Positions 1-18,840 of a stretch of 64,000 nucleotides of DNA are shown in pieces. The position numbers and the translations under genes are program-made. Each line of letters opens with the position of its first letter. The first letter of the stretch is position 1. The notes under the pieces are model-generated. The model saw only the letters and a list, made by a program, of their open reading frames with translations. It was not told where the DNA came from and did no database searches. Source of the DNA: Ranitomeya imitator (Eukaryota). Location: the NCBI RefSeq assembly GCF_032444005.1, contig NC_091284.1:11780001-11844000 (forward strand), read 5' to 3'.

Positions 1-2
1 GT

Positions 3-137
<135 letters not shown>

Positions 138-140
138 TCA

Positions 141-335
<195 letters not shown>

Positions 336-766
336 CTACCCCCATCAGTACAGACAGAATCATTTAACCCTTTATTCAGCATAAAACATTGATGGAAAAC
401 TCGATAACTTCTCAACTTCCACAACTTTTAAAGGAGAAGCCTGGAATTGTGCTGCCACCTGGTGGATCAACAAGGTAACACCTGAAGGGCGAAGAATCTG
501 CGTGCGTCATGTAGGACAGACAGGATCTCTCCAGTGCCACCTAGTGGAGGAAGCGGCCGTACGTCAGTGTGCGGGCCGTGTTACGTGAGCGGAATTACTA
601 GCCGGGCGTGCGCCCATCTACACAGAGAACCCAGCGCGGCCGTCACTGAATGAGCCGCTAAACTAGACAGAGAAACCTTTATAAATTTCTATTTCTTTAT
701 TATATCAATTTGTGAATTAACGCTAGTACAAGCCCCCAAAAGGTTAGTACAAGCCCCCATTGTATA

Positions 767-2351
767 CAGTGCCTTGCGAAAGTATTCAGCCCCCTGGAAC
801 TTTCCAACCTTTTCCCACATATCAGGCTTCAAACATAAAGATACAAATGTAAATTTTTGGTGAAGAATCAACAACAAGTGGAACACAATTGTGAAGATGA
901 ACGGAATTTATTGGTTATTTTACATTTTTGTGGAAATTCTAAAACTGAAAAGTGGGGCAATATTATTTGGCCCCTGTAACTTAATACTTTGTTGCACCAC
1001 CTTTTGCTGCGATTACAAGTCTCTTGGGGTTTGTCTCTATCAGTTTTGTACATCGAGAGACTGAAATTCTCGCCCGTTCTTCCTTGGCAAACAGCTCGAG
1101 CTCAGTGAGGTTGGATGGAGATCGTTTGTGATCAGCAGTTTTCAGCTCTTTCCACAGATTCTCGATTGGATTGAGGTCTGGACTCTGACTTGGCCATTCT
1201 AACACCTGGATACGTTTATTTGTGAACCATTCCATTGTAGATTCTGCTTTATGTTTGGGATCGTTGTCTTGTTGGAAGACAAATCTCCGTCCCAGTCTCA
1301 GGTCTTTTGCAGACTCCAACAGGTTTTCTCCAAGAATGGTCCTGTATTTGGCTCCATCCATCTTCCCATCAATTTTAACCATCTTCCCTGTCCCTGCTGA
1401 AGAAAAGCCGGAAAAAATCACGATGCTGCCACCACCATGTTTGACAGTGGGGATGGTGTGTTCAGGTGATGAGCTGTGTTGCCTTTACGCCAAACATATC
1501 GTTTGGCATTGTTGCCAAAAAGTTTGATTTTGGTTTCTTCTGACCAGAGCACCTTCTTCCACATGTTTGGTGTCTCCCAGGTGGCTTGTTGCAAACTTTA
1601 AACGACACTTTTTATGGATATCTTTGAGAAATGGCTTTCTTCTTGTCACTCTTCCATAAAGGCCAGATTTGTGCAGTGTACGACTGATTGTTGTCCTATG
1701 GACAGACTGTCCCACCTCAGCTGTAGATCTCTGCAGCTCATTCAGAGTGATCATCGGCCTCTTGGCTGCATCTCTGATCAGTCTTCTCCTTGTGTGAGAT
1801 GAAAGTTTAGAGGACGGCCGGGTCTTGGTAGATTTGCAGTGGTATGATGCTCCTTCCATTTCAATATGATCGCTTGCACAGTGCTCCTTGAGATGTTTAA
1901 CGTTTTGGAAATCATTTTGTATCCAAATCCGGCTTTAACCTTCTCCACCGCAGTATCACGGAGCTGCCTGTTGTGTTCCTTGGTCTTCATGATGCAGAAC
2001 CCTGAGACTATCACAGGGCAGGTGCATTTATACGGAGACTTGATCACACACAGGTGGATTATATTTATCATCATTAGGCATTTAGGACAACATTGGATCA
2101 TTCAGAGATCCACAACGAACTTCTGCACTGAAAGTAAAGAGGCCAAATAATATTGCACGCCCCACTGTTCAGTTTTTGAATTTCCACAAAAATGTAAAAT
2201 AACCAATAAATTTCGTTCAACTTCACAATTGTGTTCTATTTGTTGTTGATTCTTCACCAAAAATTTACATTTGGTATCTTTATGTTTGAAGCATGATGTG
2301 TGGGAAAAGGTGGAAAAGTTCCAGGGAGCCGAATACTTTCTCAAGACACTG
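767..2351 (-). mobile_element. Tc1/mariner transposon, degenerate
   Basis: CAGTG...CACTG long terminal inverted repeats, TA on both sides; fragmented transposase ([23 protein letters not shown]). Confidence 0.92.
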
Positions 2352-2377
2352 TAGGTTAGTACGAGCACCCATTATTA

Positions 2378-2728
2378 GGGCAGTACGGTGGCACAGTGGT
2401 TAGCACTATAGGGTGGCTCAGTGGTTAGCACTATAGGGTGGCTCAGTGGTTAGCACTATAGGGTGGCTCAGTGGTTAGCACAGCAGCCTTGCAGCGCTGG
2501 AGTCCTGGGTTCAATTCCCACCAAGGACAACATCTGCCAGGAGTTTGTATGTTCTCCCCGTGTTTGTGTGGGTTTCCTCCGGGTTCTCCGGTTCCCTCCC
2601 ACATTCCAAAGACATACTGATAGGGAGTCTAGATTGTGAGCCCCATTGTATGTGAGCCCATACATAATGTATGTAAAGCGCTGCGGAATATGTTAGCGCT
2701 ATATAAAAAATAAAAAGATTATTATTAT
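2378..2728 (+). mobile_element. tRNA-derived SINE with tandemly repeated A-box head
   Basis: TGGCTCAGTGG A box, GGTTCAATTCCC B box, (ATT)n tail; 25-bp head unit present 4 times. Confidence 0.8.
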
Positions 2729-2749
2729 GTAGGTTAGCACGAGCCCCCA

Positions 2750-3692
<943 letters not shown>

Positions 3693-3827
3693 TCAGTAAC
3701 ACCACACATCCGGATGTCGCGGTCAGAGGACGGAGCGGCCGGGGGTCTCCCGACCTCCACACGTCTCATACATGAGACAGGAGACCCCCGGCTGCTGAGG
3801 GCTCAGACATACGACATCCCCCCGTTA

Positions 3828-4112
<285 letters not shown>

Positions 4113-4258
4113 CTACATGGACCAGGACTGGAGCCTCCACGGGGCGAGGACACAGCGACTGAGGGGCAGACATAGGGTCCGCTCCTGTGGGGTCACTATC
4201 TGCAGGGACATCGCTGTCTCTCCGGGGTCTCCATTATATGCTGGTGATAAATCACTCA

Positions 4259-8150
<3,892 letters not shown>

Positions 8151-8175
8151 CTCACAACCTGTAGGGGGCAGCTCA

Positions 8176-8698
<523 letters not shown>

Positions 8699-8879
8699 TC
8701 AGTGCATGCACCCACCCTCCACCAGAGGCCGCACACCGTGCAATGGAGTCTTCTGGGGAGAATGAACCGCGGGTGACGCCGAAGAGTCGGGACGGAGCGA
8801 CCCTCAATGTAGAAGTAATAACTAAATAATACCCCGATATACAGACGACGGGAACTATAATGGCCTCTGCTACCCGCTG

Positions 8880-9105
8880 TAATCTCCGCTGTTCTGGATC
8901 CGACAAGGATTATTTTCTGTTCCTGAGATACACACCCCTCTTCTCTGAATGTAAATGTAGCCTAATTAGCCAACTGGGCGTGGCCCGCAGAGGAGACAAG
9001 GACCACCCCCAATTGGCTAAGAAAGCTGGATTCATGTACTGGAACGAGGGGTCCGTATCTCAGGAACAGAAGAGACGCCTCTCCGGATCCAGGAGAACAG
9101 CAAAC
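8880..9105. mobile_element. Fold-back MITE-like remnant next to the Tc1 insertion
   Basis: Nested inverted pairs gctgttc..tggatccg / cggatcca..gaacagc and ttagccaa.tggg / cccaattggctaa. Confidence 0.4.
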
Positions 9106-9111
9106 AATATA

Positions 9112-10737
<1,626 letters not shown>

Positions 10738-11174
10738 TACCAGGTAACAAGTCGTCCGGAAGTAGAAACTGAACTAAAAACAGCCGGGAGAGCGACAACA
10801 TCCGAGGAACCAAAGGGGAAGGGCCGCCTAATCCTGATATACTACAGATATACTCCAGATATAACCCGGATGTAACCAAGATATAACCAAGATATAATGC
10901 CAGCTATCATGTGACCGCTGGTCGGGACATCAGACCAAACCCCCTTCATGTTGAGCTCCTTTAATACGCTGTGGAGGCGTCAGCTGTCATCAGTCACATT
11001 TCTCAGGACGTAAATCTGGATCCGAGGGGCTCACATCTGGGTCTCACTCACCGGGAGTGAAAGTGCCCAAATATGTGTCATTTCATTTATTCATCCAGAG
11101 CGGTAGAAAAATAGGAACAAACGGTTCATAATATGGTGGATGGGGGGACAGAAGTCTGATCACAACACTGCTCT

Positions 11175-13680
11175 GCCACACCACCCGGCGGTGCCCCCAG
11201 GCCTACACACCACCCGGCGGTGCCCCCAGGCCTACACACCACCCGGCTGTGCCCCAGCCCTAAACACCACCCGGCTGTGCCCCAGCCCTAAACACCACCC
11301 GGGGGTGCCCCCAGCCCTAAACACCACCCGGCGGTGCCCCCAGCCCTAAACACCACCCGGGGGTGCCCAAGCCCTAAACACCACCCGGGGGTGCCCCCAG
11401 CCCTAAACACCACCCGGGGGTGCCCCAGCCCTAAACACCACCCGGCGGTGCCCCCAGGCCTACACACCACCCGGGGGTGCCCCCAGCCCTAAACACCACC
11501 CGGCGGTGCCCCCAGCCCTACACACCACCCGGCTGTGCCCCAGCCCTAAACACCACCCGGGGGTGCCCCCAGCCCTAAACACCACCCGGGGGTGCCCCCA
11601 GCCCTAAACACCACCCGGGGGTGCCCCCAGCCCTAAACACCACCCGGGGGTGCCCCAGGCCTACACACCACCCGGCGGTGCCCCCAGGCCTACACACCAC
11701 CCGGCGGTGCCCCCAGCCCTAAACACCACCCGGGGGTGCCCCAGCCCTACACACCACCCGGCGGTGCCCCAGCCCGACACACCATCCGGCGGTGCCCCCA
11801 GGCCTACACACCACCCGGCGGTGCTCCAGCCCTACACACCACCCGGCGGTGCCCCAGCCCGACACACCATCCGGCGGTGCCCCAGCCCTAAACACCACCC
11901 GGGGGTGCCCCCAGCCCTACACACCACCCGGCGGTGCCCCAGCCCTACACACCATCCGGCGGTGCCCCAGCCCTACACACCACCCGGGGGTGCCCCCAGC
12001 CCTACACACCACCCGGCGGTGCCCCAGCCCTACACACCACCCGGCGGTGCCCCAGCCCTACACACCACCCGGCGGTGCCCCCAAGCCTACACACCACCCG
12101 GCGGTGCCCCAGCCCTACACACCATCCGGCGGTGCCCCCAAGCCTACACACCACCCGGCGGTGCCCCGGATTTACAATCCACCCGGCGGTGCCCCCGACC
12201 CTACACACCAACCGGCGGTGCCCCCAGGCCTACACACCACCCGGCGGTGCCCCCAGGCCTACACACCACCCGGCGGTGCCCCCAGGCCTACACACCACCC
12301 GGCGGTGCCCCCAGGCCTACACACCACCCGGCGGTGCCCCCAGGCCTACACACCACCCGGCGGTGCCCCCAGGCCTACACACCACCCGGCGGTGCCCCCA
12401 GGCCTACACACCACCCGGCGGTGCCCCCAGGGCTACACACCACCCGGCGGTGCCCCAGCCCTACACACCATCCGGCGGTGCCCCAGCCCTACACACCACC
12501 CGGCGGTGCCCCCAAGCCTACACACCACCCGGCGGTGCCCCGGACCTACATTCCACCCGGCGGTGCCCCAGGCCTACACACCACCCGGCGGTGCCCCCAG
12601 CCCTAAACACCACCCGGGGGTGCCCCAGCCCTACACACCACCCGGCGGTGCCCCAGCCCGACACACCATCCGGCGGTGCCCCCAGGCCTACACACCACCC
12701 GGCGGTGCTCCAGCCCTACACACCACCCGGCGGTGCCCCAGCCCGACACACCATCCGGCGGTGCCCCAGCCCTAAACACCACCCGGGGGTGCCCCCAGCC
12801 CTACACACCACCCGGCGGTGCCCCAGCCCTACACACCATCCGGCGGTGCCCCAGCCCTACACACCACCCGGGGGTGCCCCCAGCCCTACACACCATCCGG
12901 TGGTGCCCCAGCCCTACACACCACCCGGCGGTGCCCCAGCCCTACACACCACCCGGCGGTGCCCCAGCCCTACACACCATCCGGCGGTGCCCCCAAGCCT
13001 ACACACCACCCGGCGGTGCCCCAGCCCTACACACCATCCGGCGGTGCCCCCAAGCCTACACACCACCCGGCGGTGCCCCGGATTTACAATCCACCCGGCG
13101 GTGCCCCCGACCCTACACACCAACCGGCGGTGCCCCCAGGCCTACACACCACCCGGCGGTGCCCCCAGGCCTACACACCACCCGGCGGTGCCCCCAGGCC
13201 TACACACCACCCGGCGGTGCCCCCAGGCCTACACACCACCCGGCGGTGCCCCCAGGCCTACACACCACCCGGCGGTGCCCCCAGGCCTACACACCACCCG
13301 GCGGTGCCCCCAGGGCTACACACCACCCGGCGGTGCCCCAGCCCTACACACCATCCGGCGGTGCCCCAGCCCTACACACCACCCGGCGGTGCCCCCAAGC
13401 CTACACACCACCCGGCGGTGCCCCGGACCTACATTCCACCCGGCGGTGCCCCCGACCCTACACACCAACCGGCGGTGCCCCCAGGCCTACACACCACCCG
13501 GCGGTGCCCCCAGGCCTACACACCACCCGGCAGTGCCCCCAGGCCTACACACCACCCGGCGGTGCCCCCAGGGCTACACACCACCCGGCGGTGCCTCGGC
13601 CCTACATTCCAGCCGGTGGTGCCCCCGGCCCTACACAACACCCGGCGGTGCCCCCGACCCTACACAACACAACACCCGGT
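11175..13680. repeat. 26-28-bp GC-rich minisatellite in the first POLQ coding intron
   Basis: Unit cacaccacccggcggtgccccagcccta, about 90 copies. Confidence 0.95.
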
Positions 13681-13722
13681 GCCGCTCTCGATGCGGTCCT
13701 GGTGATACTGCCACACACCCAC

Positions 13723-14320
13723 CGCTGCCGCTCAGGCTGCCGTCCAGCAGGGAGCGTTCCAGACCAGATGGTGGCGCCAGCACTGATGAGGAGAGGACGG
13801 CGCCTGCGCTCTCCCGCCTGCTCCCCTTCTGCAGGATGGACGCCTGCTGCCCCGGGCTGAACAGGATGTAGTCTCTGGTATCAGCCGCTCCTCCGCTGGC
13901 CCCGGGGGACGTCCTGCTGCTTGGAGCTCGGGGCTTGTGGTGTGTGTGGAGGACGACCTTCCTGCTCCTGGAGGGGCTGGTGGGGTCCTCGGAGCCGGAG
14001 AGGGTGGAGTCTCTGGTGTCAGCCGCTCCTCCGCTGGCCCCGGGGCCCCGCAGTCTGGCGGACGTCCTGCTGCTCGGAGCTCGGGGCTTGCGGTGTGTGC
14101 GGAGCGTGGGCCTCTTACATGTGGAGGGACTCGTGGGGTCCTCGGACCCCGGACTGGACAGGGAGTGCTGACGCACACGTTTGCGGCTGTTGTGGGGGCC
14201 CAGGACCCCCTTTGTGCTGGAGGCCGCCATCTTGGGATCATTTTCCTTGGCCGTTAATCCTCCGAACAAGATGGCGGCCAGGCTGGCTTTGGTTGCCGGG
14301 GGTCCGTGCGGCTTCTGCAT
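13723..14320 (-). CDS. POLQ: POLQ first coding exon (199 codons, extended N-terminus)
   Basis: ATG in gccgtcgccATG context; open to a phase-1 AGCG|gtgggt donor that fits exon 2; C-terminal LSSSVLAPPSGLERSL aligns with human exon-1 LSGSVLSPPPGLGRCL; polypyrimidine acceptor with exon start at 14428. Confidence 0.8.
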
Positions 14321-14749
14321 GGCGACGGCGGCTCGTCCGGTCACTCAGCGTATGGCGGCGGCTCCTGGAGACGTGGTCCCCGCGGGCGTCCTCTGAGGGG
14401 GCCACATTACCAGGACAGGGGGCCGGAGCTGCGGAGGGAAAAGAGGAGGAAGAAGGTGACAAGCCGCCATCTTATCATCACCCAGATCCCCGGAAACTAC
14501 AACTCCCAGCATGTCCAGCGCCCAGACCAATGCTCTGTGCAGGAGTGACTGGTAAGCAGCAGCACAGCGCCCCGAAATGTGAGAGCAGACCCCATAATGA
14601 GCCCCTCAGATAACAGATCGGTCACCATGACAACCAGATTACAGGGGAGACTGAACCACTGCCGCAGATCTGCGGCTACACTGGATATCACCCCTGCTCT
14701 ACACAATGGTCTGTCCCGGCTCTTCATCCGGGGGTCACATGGTCTTTAC

Positions 14750-14815
14750 CTCCTCCACAGCCGGGACCTCCGCGGCCAGAGCCGCCCGTCAGGTTTAAAC
14801 TACGCGCGAGCCCGA
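14750..14815 (-). other. POLQ: Putative non-coding leader exon of POLQ
   Basis: GAG|gtaaag donor at 14750/14749 inside the CpG island, no ATG, would splice to the acceptor at 14428; 5' end approximate. Confidence 0.5.
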
Positions 14816-15049
14816 CACTGACGTCATCACAGGAGCGACCGTGACCGCGGCGCCGCCATGTCTGTTGTGGGCAGCTGCGTCACGTGACAAGTTAGATAGC
14901 GGCTACCTGAGGGCAGCTGGGAGGGGGTGAACGGTCACCGCGGCAGCTGAAGGGTTAATGACGTGTGTACTAATGTGAGGGGAATCCGGAGGTCAGCACG
15001 CAGGGGGTTAACGAGCTGTGACGTCATCTGGTCCCTATGTTATAAGTAG

Positions 15050-15092
15050 GCAGCAGGGAGGGGGGAAGCAGCGGCGGCGGAGCCGGGAGCAG
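15050..15092 (+). other. Putative non-coding first exon of the unknown coiled-coil gene
   Basis: CAG|gtgagg donor at 15092/15093 just downstream of TATA-like and CRE motifs; start approximate. Confidence 0.5.
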
Positions 15093-15139
15093 GTGAGGGC
15101 GGCAGCAGCTGGTGGAGGGAGGACCGGGATACCGCGGGG

Positions 15140-15315
15140 GTGTCCTCATATACCGCGTCCTGTGTCCTCATATACCGCGTCCTGTGTCCTCATATACCGC
15201 GTCCTGTGTCCTCATATACCGCGTCCTGTGTCCTCATATACCGCGTCCTGTGTCCTCATATACCGCGTCCTGTGTCCTCATATACCGCGTCCTGTGTCCT
15301 CATATACCGCGTCCT
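15140..15315. repeat. 22-bp minisatellite
   Basis: gtgtcctcatataccgcgtcct, about 8 copies. Confidence 0.92.
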
Positions 15316-15499
15316 CTGCGGCTGCACCTCCACATTACTGCAAAGTGACCGGGGGCCCGTGCACACGATGCGGCTTGTTGGCTCCTTGTAGACGTGAGCC
15401 GGTGTCACATTTACTGAGTCAGATATTACTAATAATACAGAACGTGCAGAAATGTAAGAAAATGTCAGCAGTGTATGGTCCTGACGATACCTAGTGTAC

Positions 15500-17655
15500 A
15501 CACATACTCCAGAGCTGCACTCACTATTCTGCTGGTGCAGTCACTGTGCACATACATTACATTACTGATCCCGAGTTACATCCTGTATTATACCCCAGAG
15601 CTGCACTCACTATTCTGCTGGTGCAGTCACTGTGTACATACATTACATTACTGATCCTGAGTTACATCCTGTATTATACCCCAGAGCTGCACTCACTATT
15701 CTGCTGGTGCAGTCACTGTGTACATACATTACATTACTGATCCTGAGTTACATCCTGAATTATACTCCAGAGCTGCACTCACTATTCTGCTGGTGCAGTC
15801 ACTGTGTACATACATTACATTACTGATCCCGAGTTACCTCCTGCATTATACTCCAGAGCTGCACTCACTATTCTGCTGGTGCAGTCACTGTGTACATACA
15901 TTACATTACTGATCCCGAGTTACATCCTGTATTATACTCCAGAGCTGCACTCACTATTCTGCTGGTGCAGTCACTGTATACATACATTACATTACTGATC
16001 CTGAGTTACATCCTGTATTATACTCCAGAGCTGCACTCACTATTCTGCTGGCGCAGTCACTGTGTACATACATTACATTACTGATCCTGAGTTACATCCT
16101 GTATTATACTCCAGAGCTGCACTCACTATTCTACTGGTGCAGTCACTGTATACATACATTACATTACTGATCCCGAGTTACATCCTGTATTATACCCCAG
16201 AGCTGCACTCACTATTCTGCTGGTGCAGTCACTGTGTACATACATTACATTACTGATCCCGAGTTACATCCTGTATTATACTCCAGAGCTGCACTCACTA
16301 TTCTGCTGGTGCAGTCACTGTGTACATACATTACATTACTGATCCCGAGTTACCTCCTGTATTATACTCCAGAGCTGCACTCACTATTCTGCTGGTGCAG
16401 TCACTGTATACATACATTACATTACTGATCCCGAGTTACATCCTGTATTATACCCCAGAGCTGCACTCACTATTCTGCTGGTGCAGTCACTGTGTACATA
16501 CATTACATTACTGATCCCGAGTTACATCCTGTATTATACTCCAGAGCTGCACTCACTATTCTGCTGGTGCAGTCACTGTGTACATACATTACATTACTGA
16601 TCCCGAGTTACCTCCTGCATTATACTCCAGAGCTGCACTCACTATTCTGCTGGTGCAGTCACTGTGTACATACATTACATTACTGATCCCGAGTTACATC
16701 CTGTATTATACTCCAGAGCTGCACTCACTATTCTGCTGGTGCAGTCACTGTATACATACATTACATTACTGATCCTGAGTTACATCCTGTATTATACTCC
16801 AGAGCTGCACTCACTATTCTGCTGGCGCAGTCACTGTGTACATACATTACATTACTGATCCTGAGTTACCTCCTGTATTATACTCCAGAGCTGCACTCAC
16901 TATTCTACTGGTGCAGTCACTGTGCACATACATTACATTACTGATCCTGAGTTACATCCTATATTATACTCCAGAGCTGCACTCACTATTCTGCTGGCGC
17001 AGTCACTGTGTACATACATTACATTACTGATCCTGAGTTACCTCCTGTATTATACTCCAGAGCTGCACTCACTATTCTGCTGGTGCAGTCACTGTGTACA
17101 TACATTACATTACTGATCCTGAGTTACATCCTGTATTATACCCCAGAGCTGCACTCACTATTCTGCTGGTGCAGTCACTGTCACATTACATTACTGATCC
17201 CGAGTTACCTCCTGTATTATACCCCAGAGCTGCACTCACTATTCTGCTGGTGCAGTCACTGTGTACATACATTACATTACTGATCCCGAGTTACATCCTG
17301 TATTATACTCCAGAGCTGCACTCACTATTCTGCTGGTGCAGTCACTGTGTACATACATTACTGATCCTGGGTTACATCCTGTATTATACTCCAGAGCTGC
17401 ACTCACTATTCTGCTGGTGCAGTCACTGTGTACATACATTACTGATCCTGGGTTACATCCTGTATTATACTCCAGAGCTGCACTCACTATTCTGCTGGTG
17501 CAGTCTCTGTGTACATACATTACATTACTGATCCTGAGTTACCTCCTGTATTATACCCCAGAGCTGCACTCACTATTCTGCTGGTGCAGTCACTGTGTAC
17601 ATACATTACTGATCCTGAGTTACATCCTGTATTATACCCCAGAGCTGCACTCACT
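15500..17655. repeat. 86-bp tandem repeat, about 25 copies
   Basis: Unit ccagagctgcactcactattctgctggtgcagtcactgtgtacatacattacattactgatcc...; ORF starts recur every 86 nt. Confidence 0.95.
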
Positions 17656-17676
17656 TATTTTCTGTCTATAGCATTA

Positions 17677-17747
17677 ATGATGGCGCAGAGTTTGTATGAG
17701 AGATGTTCCTGGTTCCCGTCTGTTCTGAGGGAGAAGAAGAGTTGTAG
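17677..17747 (+). CDS. Unknown gene, first coding exon (MMAQSLYERCSWFPSVLREKKSC)
   Basis: ttttctgtctatag acceptor (exon start 17672), ATGATGG start, AG|gtaatt donor, phase 2. Confidence 0.65.
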
Positions 17748-17915
17748 GTAATTAGAATGACGTTCTGATCTAGCACATACAGGATCTTGTAGTGTTGGGG
17801 CCTCTGCTTTCTGTCCTTGTTTTTTCCTGGGGATATTGCTTCTCTGGTGCTGGATGCACAGTTACACAGCTCATTAGTGATCAGGTTCCTGATTGCCACG
17901 TTCTCTTGTTCTCAG

Positions 17916-18021
17916 ACGTGGCTGCTGCGATCTGTTGCGGTTCTGCAGGACCCGGAGTCACATTCTGGACTTTCCTCCAGACTCCCCTTGTGTCCATGAG
18001 GCTGTGAAGCTGCTGGACGAG
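17916..18021 (+). CDS. Unknown gene exon (RGCCDLLRFCRTRSHILDFPPDSPCVHEAVKLLDE)
   Basis: ttctcttgttctcag acceptor, GAG|gtaatg donor, only one open frame, phase 2/0. Confidence 0.7.
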
Positions 18022-18151
18022 GTAATGGTGCGGCCCCTTGTCCTGCTCCCTGTAGCCCCCAGTATCGGTACCATCACTGCCCCTGTACCAGCTTCTTGCA
18101 GATGGCGGCTGCGCTCGGGCCGTGTCCTGTAGATGTCGGGATTCTCTGCAG

Positions 18152-18237
18152 GATTCGTTTTCTCTGGCCGCGGCGCTCTCCTCAGCCTTCCTCCCCAGAC
18201 GCCATGAAGAAGAGTGCAGACCCCGAGGGGCCTCAAG
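18152..18237 (+). CDS. Unknown gene exon, preferred option (DSFSLAAALSSAFLPRRHEEECRPRGAS)
   Basis: AAG|gtgagt donor, phase 0/2 bridges its neighbours; an alternative candidate lies at 18516-18598. Confidence 0.45.
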
Positions 18238-18743
18238 GTGAGTGTGACCCTCATTAACCCCATTAACCCTTGCTGTGTGCAGACTGGTTCCCCATAGATG
18301 GGTGAGGCTGTGATTGATGACTTCACTGCATGGACGCCCTGGATCGGAGAGAACTCTGATCCTGGATTTGTCGCCCCAATGGGTGCTGATCCTTGTGTGC
18401 ATGGGCCCATCCAAGCCCCCGGCACTGTGATCACTGGCACGGACAATCCGGACCCTGATAACGGACCCCTGGGAGGTGTTGGAGCACATAGTTAAAATGT
18501 ATGTGGACCCTACAGGCGCCCCCACTATGTCTGACTTGTGAAGATGAATGTGACTGCTCTGAAATCTACGTCTGGCGCCACCTACTGGATAAATCTGCGT
18601 ACGTTTAGCGCCACCTACCCTAATATTGTAAGTGACCTCCCGGCGTTGACGGCAACACAGCATAGATCTGGTAACCCCTCCCCTGTCGCTGATGGCGGCA
18701 GTGTAGATCCGGTGACCCCCGTGTTCACTGCTCTTATACACAG

Positions 18744-18840
18744 GTGCCGTCTGCTCCGCGGACTGTTCTTCCAGATGGATCTGATGCGTCACTGGCATAA
18801 AATGACGACCGTGGGCCCCTGGATCCAAGACTTCCTAGAG
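18744..18840 (+). CDS. Unknown gene exon (CRLLRGLFFQMDLMRHWHKMTTVGPWIQDFLE)
   Basis: cag acceptor, GAG|gtaggt donor, phase 2/0. Confidence 0.7.

Larger units (their letters stand above)
14200..15140. promoter_or_regulatory. CpG-island bidirectional promoter (POLQ / unknown gene)
   Basis: High CpG density; ZNF143-type ACTACAACTCCCAGCAT 14495-14511; CRE palindromes TGACGTCA 14819-14826 and 15019-15026; GTCACGTGAC 14879-14888; YY1-type AAGATGGCGGC copies near 14224, 14269 and 14463; TATAAG near 15041. Confidence 0.75.

Noticed and set aside
2440-2530. tRNA gene
   Set aside because: A and B boxes belong to a SINE head followed by SINE body and tail; no complete cloverleaf.
8723-8830. Candidate POLQ exon 1 (SFSPEDSIARCAASG)
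   Set aside because: No ATG, weak donor and a 70-nt intron; 13723-14320 has clear homology and better signals.
11140-13871. Long Pro/Thr/His-rich ORFs up to 645 aa
   Set aside because: Stop-free translations of a minisatellite in several frames, inside a POLQ intron.
14860-14889. gccgccATG in strong context (MSVVGSCVT*)
   Set aside because: Stops after 9 codons and overlaps YY1/E-box-like promoter motifs; not the start of the plus-strand gene.
15500-17655. CRISPR-like regular repeat or repeated 64-aa hydrophobic ORFs
   Set aside because: Head-to-tail tandem units with no unique spacers, no cas genes, and a eukaryotic context.
17881-18828. 315-aa minus-strand ORF
   Set aside because: Antisense to the spliced plus-strand gene, with no recognisable motifs; likely a GC-rich shadow frame.
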